64,000 bases of DNA from Vitrella brassicaformis CCMP3155 (Eukaryota > Protista > Chromerida): NCBI GenBank assembly GCA_001179505.1, contig CDMY01000869.1, forward strand, positions 124,001 to 188,000, in the 5' to 3' direction. Under the pieces are notes generated by a model that worked only from the letters and a program-made list of their open reading frames with translations, was not told the origin of the DNA and searched no databases. The position numbers were made by a program, and so were the translations under genes. Positions 11,901 through 24,386 of this stretch are shown here, piece by piece (the stretch's first letter is position 1; each line of letters starts with the position of its first letter).

Positions 11901-13598
11901 ACAGCTGTCAGGGCGAATGGGGCGGCGTGGAAGTGAAGATTGAGTATGATCCAGCAGCACTAAAGGGCACTTTTACAAATGCCTTGCGCGAGCCCTCAAC
12001 CTTCGCGAATGTCATCCTTAAAGGAGCCGTCGAGCAAGTGGAACCTGTTGAATGCGAAGGTACTTGTATGACAGTGTGGATAGTAGGAGCAGTTGTGTGG
12101 ATAGTATTTTCTGTGACTTCTTGCGTACAGGCAGCGTTGTCTTCATTGAAGGTATGACAAGCGGCTGCAGGAGGATGCTTTTGATAAATGTGTACTTCTC
12201 GAATCATTGCAGGAAGCCTCCTTGTCGGAGTTGGCTTTCAGGGTGACTTTCTATCACTATCAGAGGGCGGGCCGGCCTTTGGAGATAAAATCAACACGCA
12301 GCTTTTTGATCTTCTCGCGGCAGAAGGTCTTCAGCTCAGCCTTCCTGAAGTGCTGCTTACTTCGAGTATGACATTGCTCAAGGCTGAGTATACCCTGCTA
12401 AGTCTCGCTGAAGGTGAGGCGGCCACTGTCGAGACATGCTTCAATGCAGAGTCCCGAACAAGGGTCACAAGTAAGGATCTCGTCCATGGTCCCTTCTGGT
12501 CTACGCTCGGCTCTCGGTTTGAAGTCTTCCTTTCTAACAGCCACTACGACCAGGTACACAGAAGTCTGCATGTTCGTCTGTATTATCTCGGATCTGCCTG
12601 CACAGAAATATCGATCACATCCCTTTCGCGGTCCACTGTTGAACGACGATGAGCTTGGACTCAGGTCCAACACACTTGGAAGCTTCTGTTCGTTTGTCTG
12701 TATGCGTATGTATCGTTGGTATGCGGCTACACTCAGGTCTGAGTCGCAGATCAGTGTGAATGTGTCCGCAGACAGCAGCGCCATCTGGAATGCGGCTGCA
12801 CTCTTTGGACGTCTTGGCACCTTCTGTAAACGGCCTCATCCCGCATGCGGCTGTAACCGCACTTTCTGCGATGGCTTTTTCTGCGATGAGATCGACGAAG
12901 GCAAGCAAGAGAAACATCGTGTCTCTCTGTCACTCTTTCTGGCTGTGTGCATGTGTGTTTTTTAATGATGATTCAATGTCAACAGTCTGAAGTGCTGCAG
13001 CTTACAGCAGACATCGATTCGAGGGCTGCCGATGACGTATTTGTTCATTCCATCGCAACTGTGGTCTCATCTTCTGGCGCTGACTATCTCATCGGCGATC
13101 TCACCGCCCCTTCCTCGTTCGCCTTATCGTGCAGCCGCATCGACGCACTCGATATTCTGAAGATGAGGCGCGATGGAGGAATATGTTCACTCCGTGACGA
13201 CTTTGAAGCAGACGGGATCCAGTATTACGTGATTCGCACTGTGCCATTGAGCGTTGAATTTATCAGACCGGATGATGGAGGGAGAGGGAACGTGGAGGCC
13301 CTTTGTCCCGTGGCAATCGACTGCGGTAAGGACACAGAACACCTCTGAAGAGAACGTGCTTGGTCTCTTACACATACGTGAATGTATATCAGTGCTACCA
13401 GAGACGGCGCCACGGCCGTCGCTTTCCGAGCCAGCTGACGGGACGATCGGACGACGGGACGGCGTCATCGACTCTTGTAAGAAGGCACGAGAAGAAGGGC
13501 AATTGTCGATTGCTACAGGTCGACTTTTGTTAATGTGTGCAATCAGCGTCCTAGTCAATCGTCGGCATGACACATCCAATGAGGGTTCCGTGATTTGA
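8940..13598 (+). CDS. Large multi-exon secreted Cys-containing glycoprotein of unknown family (roughly 1100+ aa); 3' end uncertain
   Basis: Signal-peptide-like MPISSPLLQQSTLVRRCLFVFLLADARAVVA. Phase-consistent GT-AG joins for the first exons (9114/9189, ~9297/9355). Long coding exons at 9655-10120, 10380-10680, 11322-12060 and others, with many N-X-S/T sequons and spaced Cys. Confidence 0.7.
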
Positions 13599-14082
13599 CA
13601 CATCAAGACGTGACTCTCCTTCTGTGTCCACTGTTCATCGTTTTCCTTATTCGGGGATTCGGGGTACACACGTTATGCCGCGATGTGGTGTCTCTGTGAT
13701 GCCTGAGTTCTGTGATGCCTGAGTGGCAGCGTGACACTCGTACGTGCATGCGCAGGGTCGATGGTGAGAGTGAGTGTTAGATTCAGTCAGTCTGTCGCAG
13801 TAGATTTCTTCCTCGATGCTGCCTGTCACTTGGCGATCAGTCGGACATGCGACTTCGCCACACACATATTGTCTGTATGGATTCACACCGTCTTCATTTC
13901 TTTTCCTTGCAGAGAAGAGCGGTCATCAAGTAAGTCTATTTGTGTATTTGTACATTTGTACATTAATTGCGTATATAGATGCGTGTCTGCGCATTCGGCG
14001 TGCACGAATGAGATCAGGGCATCAGAGACATCCAATCAAGTCTACTCTATACGATATTATACGAGCACCGTAGTGCTTTACT

Positions 14083-15558
14083 CTAATATGATCTGAGTGA
14101 GGCGTGCCACTTGATCATGCTACGTGTCTGGTTCAAGCTACCCTTGTAGAGGTCCTGCCATACCCCAACCACATCACCTGCACGCACACAGAGAATCGAT
14201 CGATTGATTGCCCCACTCACACATCTAACACATACACACGTCTCACTGACCTTCCAGCCCCGGCACACGGCACCTCTTTCTGCTTTTCGACACGCCTCCA
14301 AAGGCGCTCTTGGATGGGCTTGGCTTCAGATACTTGTATGACAGGTGGCGCTTCCGCGTCTCCTCTTTCTTGGGTGTCTGTAGCTCTTCGTCATATGGAT
14401 CAGAACGAATCATATCGATGGGCGATGTGCGGTTGAGGTCGGGTAGGGAGATCGAGGGCGTCATGCGATGGACCTTCCGCTTCCCGTTTTCCTTCCCACC
14501 CTCCTGTGTGGGCTCTTCTTGCTGCTGGCCACCACCGTAACTCTCGAATGGCCCTGCATCAGCCATCTCACTCATCTATCTCGCTGGCTTGGTGCATTCT
14601 TGTCTCTTGCCCTGCTTGCCCACCATCTGATCGCTGAAAGTGCCGCTGCCATGGTGTCTTCCTGCTGCGTGTTCGTCGACTGTCGGCTTTCACGGGTGGC
14701 AAGCAGTCCTCTGCATGGCCCTGGTCACTCTCACGAAGGCCATATTGCCTGAGCCAAACACCAATTGATAATCAATGAAAGCGCATTGATATTCAATGTC
14801 CAGACACACGCCTACCAGTTGACGGCAGCCTGGTTTGTGGGCCGCAGCGGATTGGTGACAAAGGCTCCCACAGTGGTCTTGCTGAGGTACCTGGCCTCCT
14901 CAGCCGGGCCGTCGGGGCCCACTGCAGCCTACACACATACACATACACAGCCACAGTGGGCATTTATCGACCCGCCACACAGGGTCTCTCACCTGTCTGC
15001 TCGGCCGCTCCTTGAGCTTCATGATCCTGAAGTCAGGCGCATGTGGTGCCGGCGTGGCCCTGGGCTTCCACCGTATTGACGGACCGCTCGGCGGGCTGTT
15101 GAACGCGCGGCCCCATGAGGCGGTTGTCGCGGTGTGCGCGGGGTCGGTCGCAGACGATAAATCGGCAAAGAGGGATGGATCCTGTGTGCGCAGTGCGGTG
15201 ATCCACTGCCACGTGCATGCGTCCACTCCTCACTCTTTCAGAACATCGTGGTAAGCGGCACACGAACGACTGATGCCAAGCATAGAGAGTCACGCCGCGG
15301 TAGAGTGACTGCAGTGCACAGGAGCACTGCATTGCACAATATGGTGTATGGTGTACCTGCGGTGGTATACGAAGGCGGAAGAGTAGCTGTACACATCATG
15401 ACAGCCAAATGAGCTCACACACGTGTCGGGGTTCTTTCGCGTTCTTTCCGTACCCGTTGTCCGTACCTGAATGGGGGCCGCTTGAGCGAGGAGGAGAGGC
15501 ACGTGAGAGAGGCGCTCGTGTGGCGGGGGGCACTCGCACTCGCGCTGTGCTTCTCCAT
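14083..15558 (-). CDS. Spliced hypothetical protein
   Basis: Possible start MEKHSASASAP (15558). Exons ...RTQDPSLFADL...KERPSRQ, MSEMADAG...RVPGLE|G and DVVGVWQDLYKGSLNQTRSMIKWHASLRSY* (14083). Some internal joins are unresolved. Confidence 0.45.
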
Positions 15559-16093
15559 GTGAGGGAAAGGGAGGGAAGGGAAAAACGCGCGAGCTTCTGT
15601 GCGTGTTTACGTGATGTACGGGACACTGTACCGAAAAACACTTACAGGCGGCACCAAGACAGGGCATCAGCAGGCAGCCGGAGATCATCGGCTGGCCCTG
15701 CTCACCCCTCGCCAGTCATCACTTACTCATTGACTTCCTGACTGAGTGACTCACTCACTCACTGATTCCCTTTTTCTTCCTTCCGGCACAACCGGTTTTA
15801 TTCTCTGGCCTTTTTGGACGGACAGACAGACAGACGGCCGCTCGTCCTTCAATCGAAATCGATGGAGGCCTGACAGCCGGCTTCACCAGCTTGTTCATCA
15901 TCGTGATCTTCTCGGAGGGTGGGTCAGCTGGCGCCGTCACGGGGGCCACCCATCGTCGTGAGCAGGTACGGACGACACGTACACACAGGAAGCATCAGGA
16001 AGCATCGCCATGATGGGAACGGCGTGCTGGTGTTCATTTCAGGTGCAGGCAGGGCAGGCAGGGCGGCCATTCGCTATATAGTCTGTGGTGTCT

Positions 16094-18885
16094 ATGTCCC
16101 ACCATGGGTCATGCAGCCACAATCTACTACCTGAGCCAGACCTGCCCCTCATAGCCACCTCCTCCCGCCCCCCACACCCGCCCCCCTTCGTCACCAAGCG
16201 CTCACGCAACGCCGGCCGGCCAGGCTACATCGCTCTCTGCTCGCCCAATGGGCTCAACAGCTGGCAGGACTGGCGCACCAAGCACGAGGAGCAGGGCAAG
16301 AGCGACATCGCCAATGACAACTTCTGCTTCCGCAAGGCGCAGCCCAACAGCGACTACTATAGTGAAGAGGAAGGGTGCTGGATCTTCCAGACCCGCCGAT
16401 CCAACCAGACGTGCAGCCTGCGGTGCCGCGTCCGCCTCCACGCCAATTTTCCCTTCTTGGTGTGGACGTGCGGCGAGTGCCATCTGTGCCGCGAGGGCGG
16501 GGGGAAGCGCCTCTCGTGCAACAGACGGAGGCTCTTCGGCAACGCGCTGATTGACGACAACGGGGCCGCGAGGGCGCAGCGGATTGTGTGTCTGTGTGGG
16601 CGGATCTATGACGGCAGCAAGTTCTACAAGGAGCACATGAGCCTGTGGCACGACCCTGGGATGATCGCCACCAAGGGACCAGACCACATGCTTGCCAGAC
16701 TCGGTGAGTAAGACGGGCGGCACACAGGCACACAGACACACACATACGCAGGGAGGGAGGGAGTATTACCCTGAGCGTGTGTATGTGCCGTATTTGTGTT
16801 TGATCACCGACAGATATCCTAAAGACCTATGACAGCACCAAGGGCAGCGGCAAGAAGTACCTGGAGCTATTCGAGATCAAAGACGTCAGGCACCCTGGTC
16901 CGACACACAGTTCTCTGTGCTCTGCGGCATCCATCCATCTTGCTTGCCTACATGGTGCGTTGTGTTTTTGTGTATCAGACTACAACACCACATTGGACCC
17001 GAGCCACATCATTGGCTTTTTCGAGGACCCGGGACTCATTCCCGATGTGCGCCGGAAACACACACAGCACACCACACTCAGCACAGCTCAGCACAGCAGA
17101 GAGACGCTCTCACGCACTCTGTCTTCTTCTTTCCCCTTCGGTCACAGATGCAGACGTCGTTGATGTCGACGATGCACCCCCTGCAACGGTCAGAGGCCTT
17201 CAACGCCTTCCTCGCACAGTACAACAGCAACAACCAACCACCATCACGACAAGCCGCTGCCGCACGCGTCAGCAGTGGTGTCAGGGGGCCACCACAGACG
17301 GGCTACGCCTCCTCTCAGCCACCATGCCCCCACTCCCACTCGCACCAGCACTGGTCGCAGCCCCCCTTCGCCCCTCTGCCCGCGCTGGCGCCCTCGACGC
17401 CAGACGGCCTTCACGGCAAGGACATGAGCGAGCAGGGTGGCTCTGAGTGGTCCAGTGCGGCCGGGGGGGAGGGGGGCCGGGAAGGCGACCAGCATGGAGG
17501 GGGGGGCGATCAGAGCCCACTTCTTAATGGTGGAGCGCTGCCTCACAGCCCTCGGGGCAGGGGCGTCAAGACGGAGCCTGGCGAGGCACACGCCACTGCT
17601 GCCGACGGCACCAAGGTCAGATCAGAGATCAGAGATAAGAGACAACACGGCACCCAGCACCTAGCACCTATCATCCACTGGCTGTCTGTCTGTCTGTCTG
17701 TCTGTCTGTCTGCCCTTGTAGCAGATGGACCAGTCGTCTCCGCCGACATCGACGGTGTCGTCAGCCTTCACCCCGCCCCTCCACACGCAGCCCTACCCCT
17801 CCCACTACTCAATGCGATATGCATACCCCCACAACAGCCGGGTGTCCCGCCCAGGCAGCGACAGCAGCACCGTCCTCGGATGTCCAGACAGCGATATGCT
17901 CGAGCCAATGGCCATCATCGGCGGCGACTCGCAGACGGACTTCTTCGGCGGCGCGCGCGTCAAGGAGGAGCTGATGGACGGCAGCGACGATCATGTGGTG
18001 GGCCTGGGCGGCCTTGGCGGCCGTGGGTTTGGAGGGATGAGTCCGATGGGCGATGGGCTTCTTGACCCGGTGTGTGCCACGAGAAGATGCTCACCCAGGG
18101 TAAGTAAGGATTGGGATGGTGGGATTGAAGGAGGCAGCAAGCAGAGGTCCATTGTGTGTGTATGTGTGTATGTGTGTGGTGTGTGTCAGTCGAGTTTTGC
18201 AGCCATCAGCAGCAGCAGGAGCTGCACGACGTCGCCCGGTCCAGGGCCGGCCCTCACTTTGGTGCGGATGCGCAAGGCCAACGGAGGCAAGACGCTCTCC
18301 CGTTACGTCCCCAATACGACCACCATCGGCGACCTTACAGACGACTACAACCCATTCAGGCCACACGCCTGCATTGTCAGGCCCTGCTTCGACACAACAG
18401 CCACAGCCACAGCCACAGCCACAGCCACAACCGCTACCACCAAAACCACCGCCAGCAACACAGCCAGCAGCAGCTCCGGCAGTGGGGGCGAAAGCGGTGA
18501 GGGCGGCGAGAGCAGCAGTGGCAGTGGCAGTGGCGGGGAGCAGGGCGTGCCGGGCCCCGCCTTCGCGTCCAACCCGAACAGGACGCTGCCGTGCCCCATC
18601 GACCGCACCACCACTCTCCACCAGATGTGTCGGCATTACAGCCAGCCCGTGGAGGGACCCCTGACGCTCATATTCGACGAGGACGACACCGAGGGCTGGT
18701 GGCATGGGGGCGATAGGGGCGGCTTCCTGGGTGTGGGCGTGGGTGTGGGTGGCATGGGAGGGCTGTATGACCACCACGGTCTGCCGTCGCTGCACGGCGG
18801 GCTGGGTGGCCACCATGACCTCAGTCATCATCCGTTTGGGGCGCTGCCGACCACCCCCAACTCTGATCGGGGGCTCTTCGGCTGA
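16094..18885 (+). CDS. Putative Zn-binding regulatory protein: Cys/His-rich N-terminal domain with a C2H2-like finger, disordered middle, possible ubiquitin-like C-terminus
   Basis: CLCGRIYDGSKFYKEHMSLWH (C-x-C-x12-H-x4-H) at 16589-16651, preceded by TCSLRCRVRLH...WTCGECHLC. Ser/Pro/Gly-rich exons include VKTEP and VKEE (SUMO-consensus-like). Stop at 18885; start uncertain. Confidence 0.6.
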
Positions 18886-21277
18886 TGACATCGACTTGGG
18901 GTCGTTGCTCGTTTGTCGGTTTGTGTCTTGTGCGTGTGTGTCGTGTGCATTTCACCTGGATGTTATGATGTTGTGGAAGGAACTACTTGGAGTAAGGAAC
19001 GAAGCGAGAGAGACCCTTGTACGTACTTGTGTGGTGCTCATCCTTCCTCCCTTGGTGCTTTTCACATGTCTGTGTGTGTGTGTCGTGTCAGTCAACAGTA
19101 GTAGAATGATGGAATGTATTGTGTGATGTATGTATGTGTGTGTGGTGTGTGCGAGGGGGGGAGAGGGAGGGTGTCGTGTCGATGTTTGAACAAACATTGA
19201 TGGATGGATAAATGGATGGATGGGTGTCGGTGTGTTTTGTCTCATGTCCGTGTTGTGTTGGTGTGCCGGTGTGTGTGACCGGAGAGAAGACGAGACGAAT
19301 CAGACGGACGTGCCGGGCGGGCAGGGCAGCGCAGGGCAGGGCAGGGCAGGCTGGCAGCTGCTTGTTGACCTGATCGATCCAAATATCCCCTCCTTCTTTT
19401 TTTCTGCCGCAGCCCGCCCCGCCAAGCCCCGCCCCGTCCTGTCGCGTCCCGTCCTCTCTCCTGTCCCCCCTGGCTCTCGCATCGGTTGCATGATATGACA
19501 TTGACCATGGATGGATGGACGGACGGATGCACAGACGGGCACAAAATCAGACAAACAGACAGTGACCCCGCCCCTTCCCTCTCCCCTCCCCCACTTTTTC
19601 TGCCTGCCTGCCTGCCTGTCCGCCTTGTCGTTGTGGTTGTGCTTGTTGTTTGAAAGCTTCACGGTTGGCCACGGGTGCATGCATGTGTGCATGGGGTACT
19701 TACATGGGTGGGGTGGTTTAGTTGCCGACACATACTAACATATCTTAACACACACACGGATGGATCTTGATAGGGGGCTGGGCGGGGCGGGGCGGGGCGG
19801 CGGGGAGTGGAGGGTGGCTTTTGATTGATTGAGTGAGTGAGTGCGTGAGTGAGCGATAGAGTGAGGGAGGTTGAAGCGGGCAGGTCAGCGTGCAACCGCA
19901 TGAATGCCCGAATGCATAAATGTCCGCCACCCACCCATTCGTACGCGCCTGCGTGTCCGTGCGAGCGTCCGTGTGGCGGGCGAGGAAGGTGCCTTTGCTG
20001 CCTGCCTGCCAGGTGTTGTGTTGGGAGGGACCGGAGAGTTGGTTGGTTGGGTGGGTGGGTGTATCGTACCTGTCTGGTCGGCTGGCTGATCAGACGCCGC
20101 TCGCAGGTGAGGATAATATCAATCAATCGAGACACTGCTGAGGCGCAGCATACCATACCTGATGGTGGTTTTACCGTCGGCCCTGTCGTCAGCTCAGCCC
20201 TCTCGTGCTGTGGTCTGTCTACGTATGTGTCGGTTCCCCCTCCCTCCCCCTCTGCGGCGCCAAAGCGCGCCGGCCGACACAGACAGACAGACAGACAGAG
20301 ACACCCAGACAGTGAACGAGACAGACAGACAGACAGTGGCCACACGTGCAAGGCGCCTCGGTGGGTGGGGTGGGTGGTGGGTTGTTTTGGATGATGGAAG
20401 TTTGTGTGGTGGTTGCCTTCTTTCTTGTGTGTGCATTTGGCGTTTTCGGCGAGCCTCTTAAGCTTGGACGCTCGTTGGTCGACCCTTGGTTGTAGCTTTT
20501 CTTACATGGAATCTAGAACATTAGATAGACATAGATAACTGTATGTATGTATGTGGATGGATGGAACCGGCATTTTTTCGCTTTTTCTCTCCTCTGTCTG
20601 TCTGCGTGTCTGTCTGTCTGCGTTTTTCCCTCAGATAGATGGGTTGATGGGATGGATGTGTGTATACAACACAGGACATACAGCCATGTGCATATAGACA
20701 GCTACACTACAGATGGGCGGGGCGGGCATGTGGGTGGTTGTTGCGGGCGCCAAAGGCGAGCTTCGATGGATGGATGGACGGACGGATAGGTGGGTGGATG
20801 GGTGGGTGGATGAGTTCGTACCAATGATCGGTGCCTGCCTGCCTGCATGGCATGGGTGTGGAGAGAAGTGCATCATGCGCTGCGTACGTACATGGCATGC
20901 GTACATACATACATACATACGGATGCCCACACGTACATACGTACGTACATACGCAGACTCACTAGTAGCGACTGACTGACTGACTGACCGACTGACTGCA
21001 CCGCTTCTCTCCCCCACTCTCCTCTCCTTGCACTCGCTCCCTCCCTCCCTGCCTGCCTGCCTGTCTGTCTGCCTTACCGCACGTGACGTGACACGAAGAC
21101 GCTGGACGTACGTGTGTGTGTGTGTATACGTACGTGCGTATCGACATGACATATGTCAGTCAACCATGACAGTCTTTCGCTCACGACCACATACACTCAC
21201 TCATTGAACATACAGAGGCACAAGGTCCGCAATGTCTCCATGCATCCTTCCATGCCATCCATGGTTCATTCATTCGT
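18886..21277. repeat. Long intergenic region dense in microsatellites ((GT)n, (GATG)n, (GACA)n, (TACG)n, (GGGGC)n)
   Basis: Simple repeats directly visible; no convincing protein-like ORF. Confidence 0.7.
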
Positions 21278-24200
21278 TCACTGCCCCCCGGCACTGAATC
21301 TCTTCCTCCGCTCGTCGAAGCTCCTCTTGATGGTCTGCACATCGACCTGGGGGGTGGCAGACGTGGACGGCCACCGATGCACGCGCACCTCCACCTGTAC
21401 ACAATTAAGCACATCCATCCATCCATCCTTTGCCCCCAGACACGGATGCCAACACAACACACATACCTGCTGCCCATCCATCCATCTCGCATCGTCATGA
21501 TGCTGGTGAGGCTGGTATGGATGTCGCTCGGCATCCGCCATCCAGAGACAGGGCATTCCATACTTGGCCCCAAACACGCGACACTCGTGCTGGGAAGGCT
21601 GGCCAGAAGACTTGCGTGGCCGTGTCTCCCTCACAGATGAGCTCCTTTCGAGTGAAGGAGAACGATACCTCATTGGCGTCATGGAAGGCCTGAGGTGCCG
21701 CGGCAGCCGGCCTTCCCACGGCATAGGGCGGCCTATGATGGGGTAGCAACCCGACTCATCTGCAGCACCGTGGCCGTTGAGGTGGCTCCGGATGTGTTTG
21801 TCGCACTGCTCCATCCTGAAGCTTGTCTGCAGCGACTGGGGCAACGTCCGAAGGAGCGATTCGATCTCCTGTTCCCCCAGCCACCGCTCCCGCAAGGCCC
21901 GCATGAAGGTCGATGCCAGCGGCTGCAGAGACCGGTCCGACTGCATCAGGTACTTGGGTATCGCACCATGAGACAGAGATCCAGCATCCTTCTCCTTGCT
22001 CGCGACGTGCAAAGGCACTGGAGCCCCAACAAAACGACCAGCCCCGCCGCCATTTGCCCCCATGTCCTTGGTTGGTGTGGTTACAAGAGACACAGCCTCG
22101 AGTTTCTTCACGACCTGGTCAATCAGCGGTGTGTATCGCCAGGGCGAGGGCGGATCGGGGTGCCGGAAGCCCACCGACACCAGCCGGGACTCCCGTGTGT
22201 GTGTGGCCACCCGTGACGTCATGAAAGGGGTGGACTTGCCCGAGAAGCCCGACGACCGGTGTGGCGTCAGGTGGGACCCGGCAGCAGTCGAACACTCGGA
22301 GTGCTTCGAGATGGCCAGGCGCTTTGGCGGCGTGGACGTGGCAGGGGCAGGCGTGACAGGCTTCTCGATACTTTTGGCACCGGGGTGATGGGACTCTTCC
22401 TTCGTTTCGATGCCGAACTCTGCGCTTGGGCATTCGACCAAGGCCACGCTTGGCTCGTTCTGCGTCTCGTCTGGCCTGGGCTGCTGCGTGTCGTCCTGTG
22501 TCTCTGTCTTGGCAGTCGCGTCATCAGCCGCAGGAGAGAGGGCAAGAGATGGCATGGCCCCTTTTCCCTCCACATAAGCCTTCAGCGGGTCAGCGACAAA
22601 GCCCCCCTCTCTCCACCAACGATGCTGCTGCTGATCTTGGGAAAGACCTTTGTGCACCGTCTCTTCATGGTGCCTCTCGTGGAAGCGGTTCAGCTGGCAT
22701 GACGGCGTGTGATGCGTGTGCGGCACGCCTGCATCATCAGGCCCTATCTCGGTGATCGCCACCCATCTCTTCCGTGAAGGCGAGACATTGCTGCGACGGT
22801 CGTCAGAAGGCGAGGGCGACGGACTTTGGTGCTTGGGCGGTGGCTTGGAGGGCTCTTGGCTGTCGTCTGGAGGCCGTGGCGAGTCGGGAGGACCACCTTG
22901 GCGGTCGTGGATTGGGTCAACAGGGAGGGGCTCAAGAAAGGGCTGATCAAAGGTTGTCACTGGGACCTCACCGCCGTCAAAGGCAATGGCGGGAGGAGAG
23001 ACGTCAGCGAGCGGAGAAGGGTGGTTGGGCGAGACATTGATTTCGGCCAAAGATGTATCCGTGTCCCTCGGGGGCTGTCTTGAAGGAGTCATGATCTCTT
23101 CGATGTCTTTCTCCCCAGCTGTGCGGCCCGCGTCTTTGTCTGATCCGCTTGTGATCCCATGCAGGATGTCTTCATCAAGATTGAGAGACGCCTACACCAA
23201 TCGACGGAAAGTACGTGCATCAAGGCATTGCATGAGTGTGTGCCGACTCCTCTCTCACCAGCAGTCTCTCCACGCTGAAGTCCTCATCCTTCTCTCCCAC
23301 CTCTGCCGCAAAGGGGCTGCCCTCTCCGTCAACTCGTCCCAAATCCATCGCGAACCTCGACAGGCCCACATCGGCCCCCGCCATTGGCACCGGCATGACC
23401 TCACCGCTGTCTTGATTCTTCCTATCGGCAGCAGCAGAGCGGGATGGGTCAGATCCGCGAGACACTTCGGGCAGGCCATCGAGCGACGGCATCGTGAACA
23501 CTGGACGGGCAGTGCGGGTCATGAAAGGGTCCACGGGCAGCGACAGGTCAGGGAGCGTGGCGGGCCTGATCAGCGTCTCCTCGCTGCCAATCTGTGGGGG
23601 AAAGGGCAGCCTCGCTGTTATGGCTGTTGGGGGCGGCTCGCAGAGTCTTGTTGGCGGCGAACCAAGGAGATGCCAGCTCACGGACCGGTCCACCCCGTGT
23701 TGCGCATCCTTTGGCCGCTCCGGTGTCGCAGTTGCGGACTCGAAGAAGGACATGGTCTTGCGATAAAACGGCCGGTCGGACTCCGCACTCTGCTCACTGT
23801 TCAGGGCAGGCTTTGCGGCAGCCATGTCATCTGACGAGTCACGGGGCCGCAGGCGGGAGCCGGCGAAAGCCGGAGCTCCATAGCCGATGAGGGAGCCCGT
23901 GTCTGCCGGTGGCACTGTTGAGAAGAGGGGTCTGTCGCTGTCGTGGAGTTCATGTGCTGACTTCGAGCTCCATGGAGTGAGGAGTGGGGCGAAGGGCGTC
24001 TTGAGCTCAGCAGAGGCCGCCGGGCTGAGACGGGAGAAGGGACGGATGGGTTTCGCCTCACCGAACAAGGGAAGGCTCTGGAGGGAAGAGTAGAGGCCCT
24101 TTGTTGGGGCGACAGTGGCGCTCGATGCAATGCCATGTGTGTCGAACGTGGGGAGCTTGATGAGATCACGGCTGTCGCTGCACACACGGAGTACATACGC

Positions 24201-24386
24201 GCTCTGCAGACACTCGGTGTCTTTGAGAGTTGTCTACCTGAGCTGTCCCGACGTCATTGGTGAATCGGTCGCAGAGTTTGCCTCGCTGACCGCGGCGCCG
24301 TGGGGGTTGCTCGGGAGCCCCCACCACCACGCAGTCTCGGCGGGGTTCCCCGGGGAGCGGCCGATCTGCCGCTTTGCACACACCAT
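21278..24386 (-). CDS. Large Ser/Pro-rich, mostly disordered hypothetical protein (~950 aa)
   Basis: MVCAKRQIGR...SGQL S|DSRDLIK joins phase-consistently. Long exons at 24185-23250 and 23092-21600; last exon VQVEVRVHRW...RFSAGGQ*. An upstream exon near 24564 is possible. Confidence 0.65.

Noticed and set aside
14570-14585. In-frame stops next to 'MSEMADAG' suggesting readthrough or selenocysteine
   Set aside because: Explained by a plausible phase-0 intron (CCC|gtgaaa...gatag|ATG); no SECIS or selenoprotein context seen.
19088-21152. Many 60-230-aa ORFs rich in VCLS/THTH/DRQT
   Set aside because: Translations of microsatellites, not protein-like.
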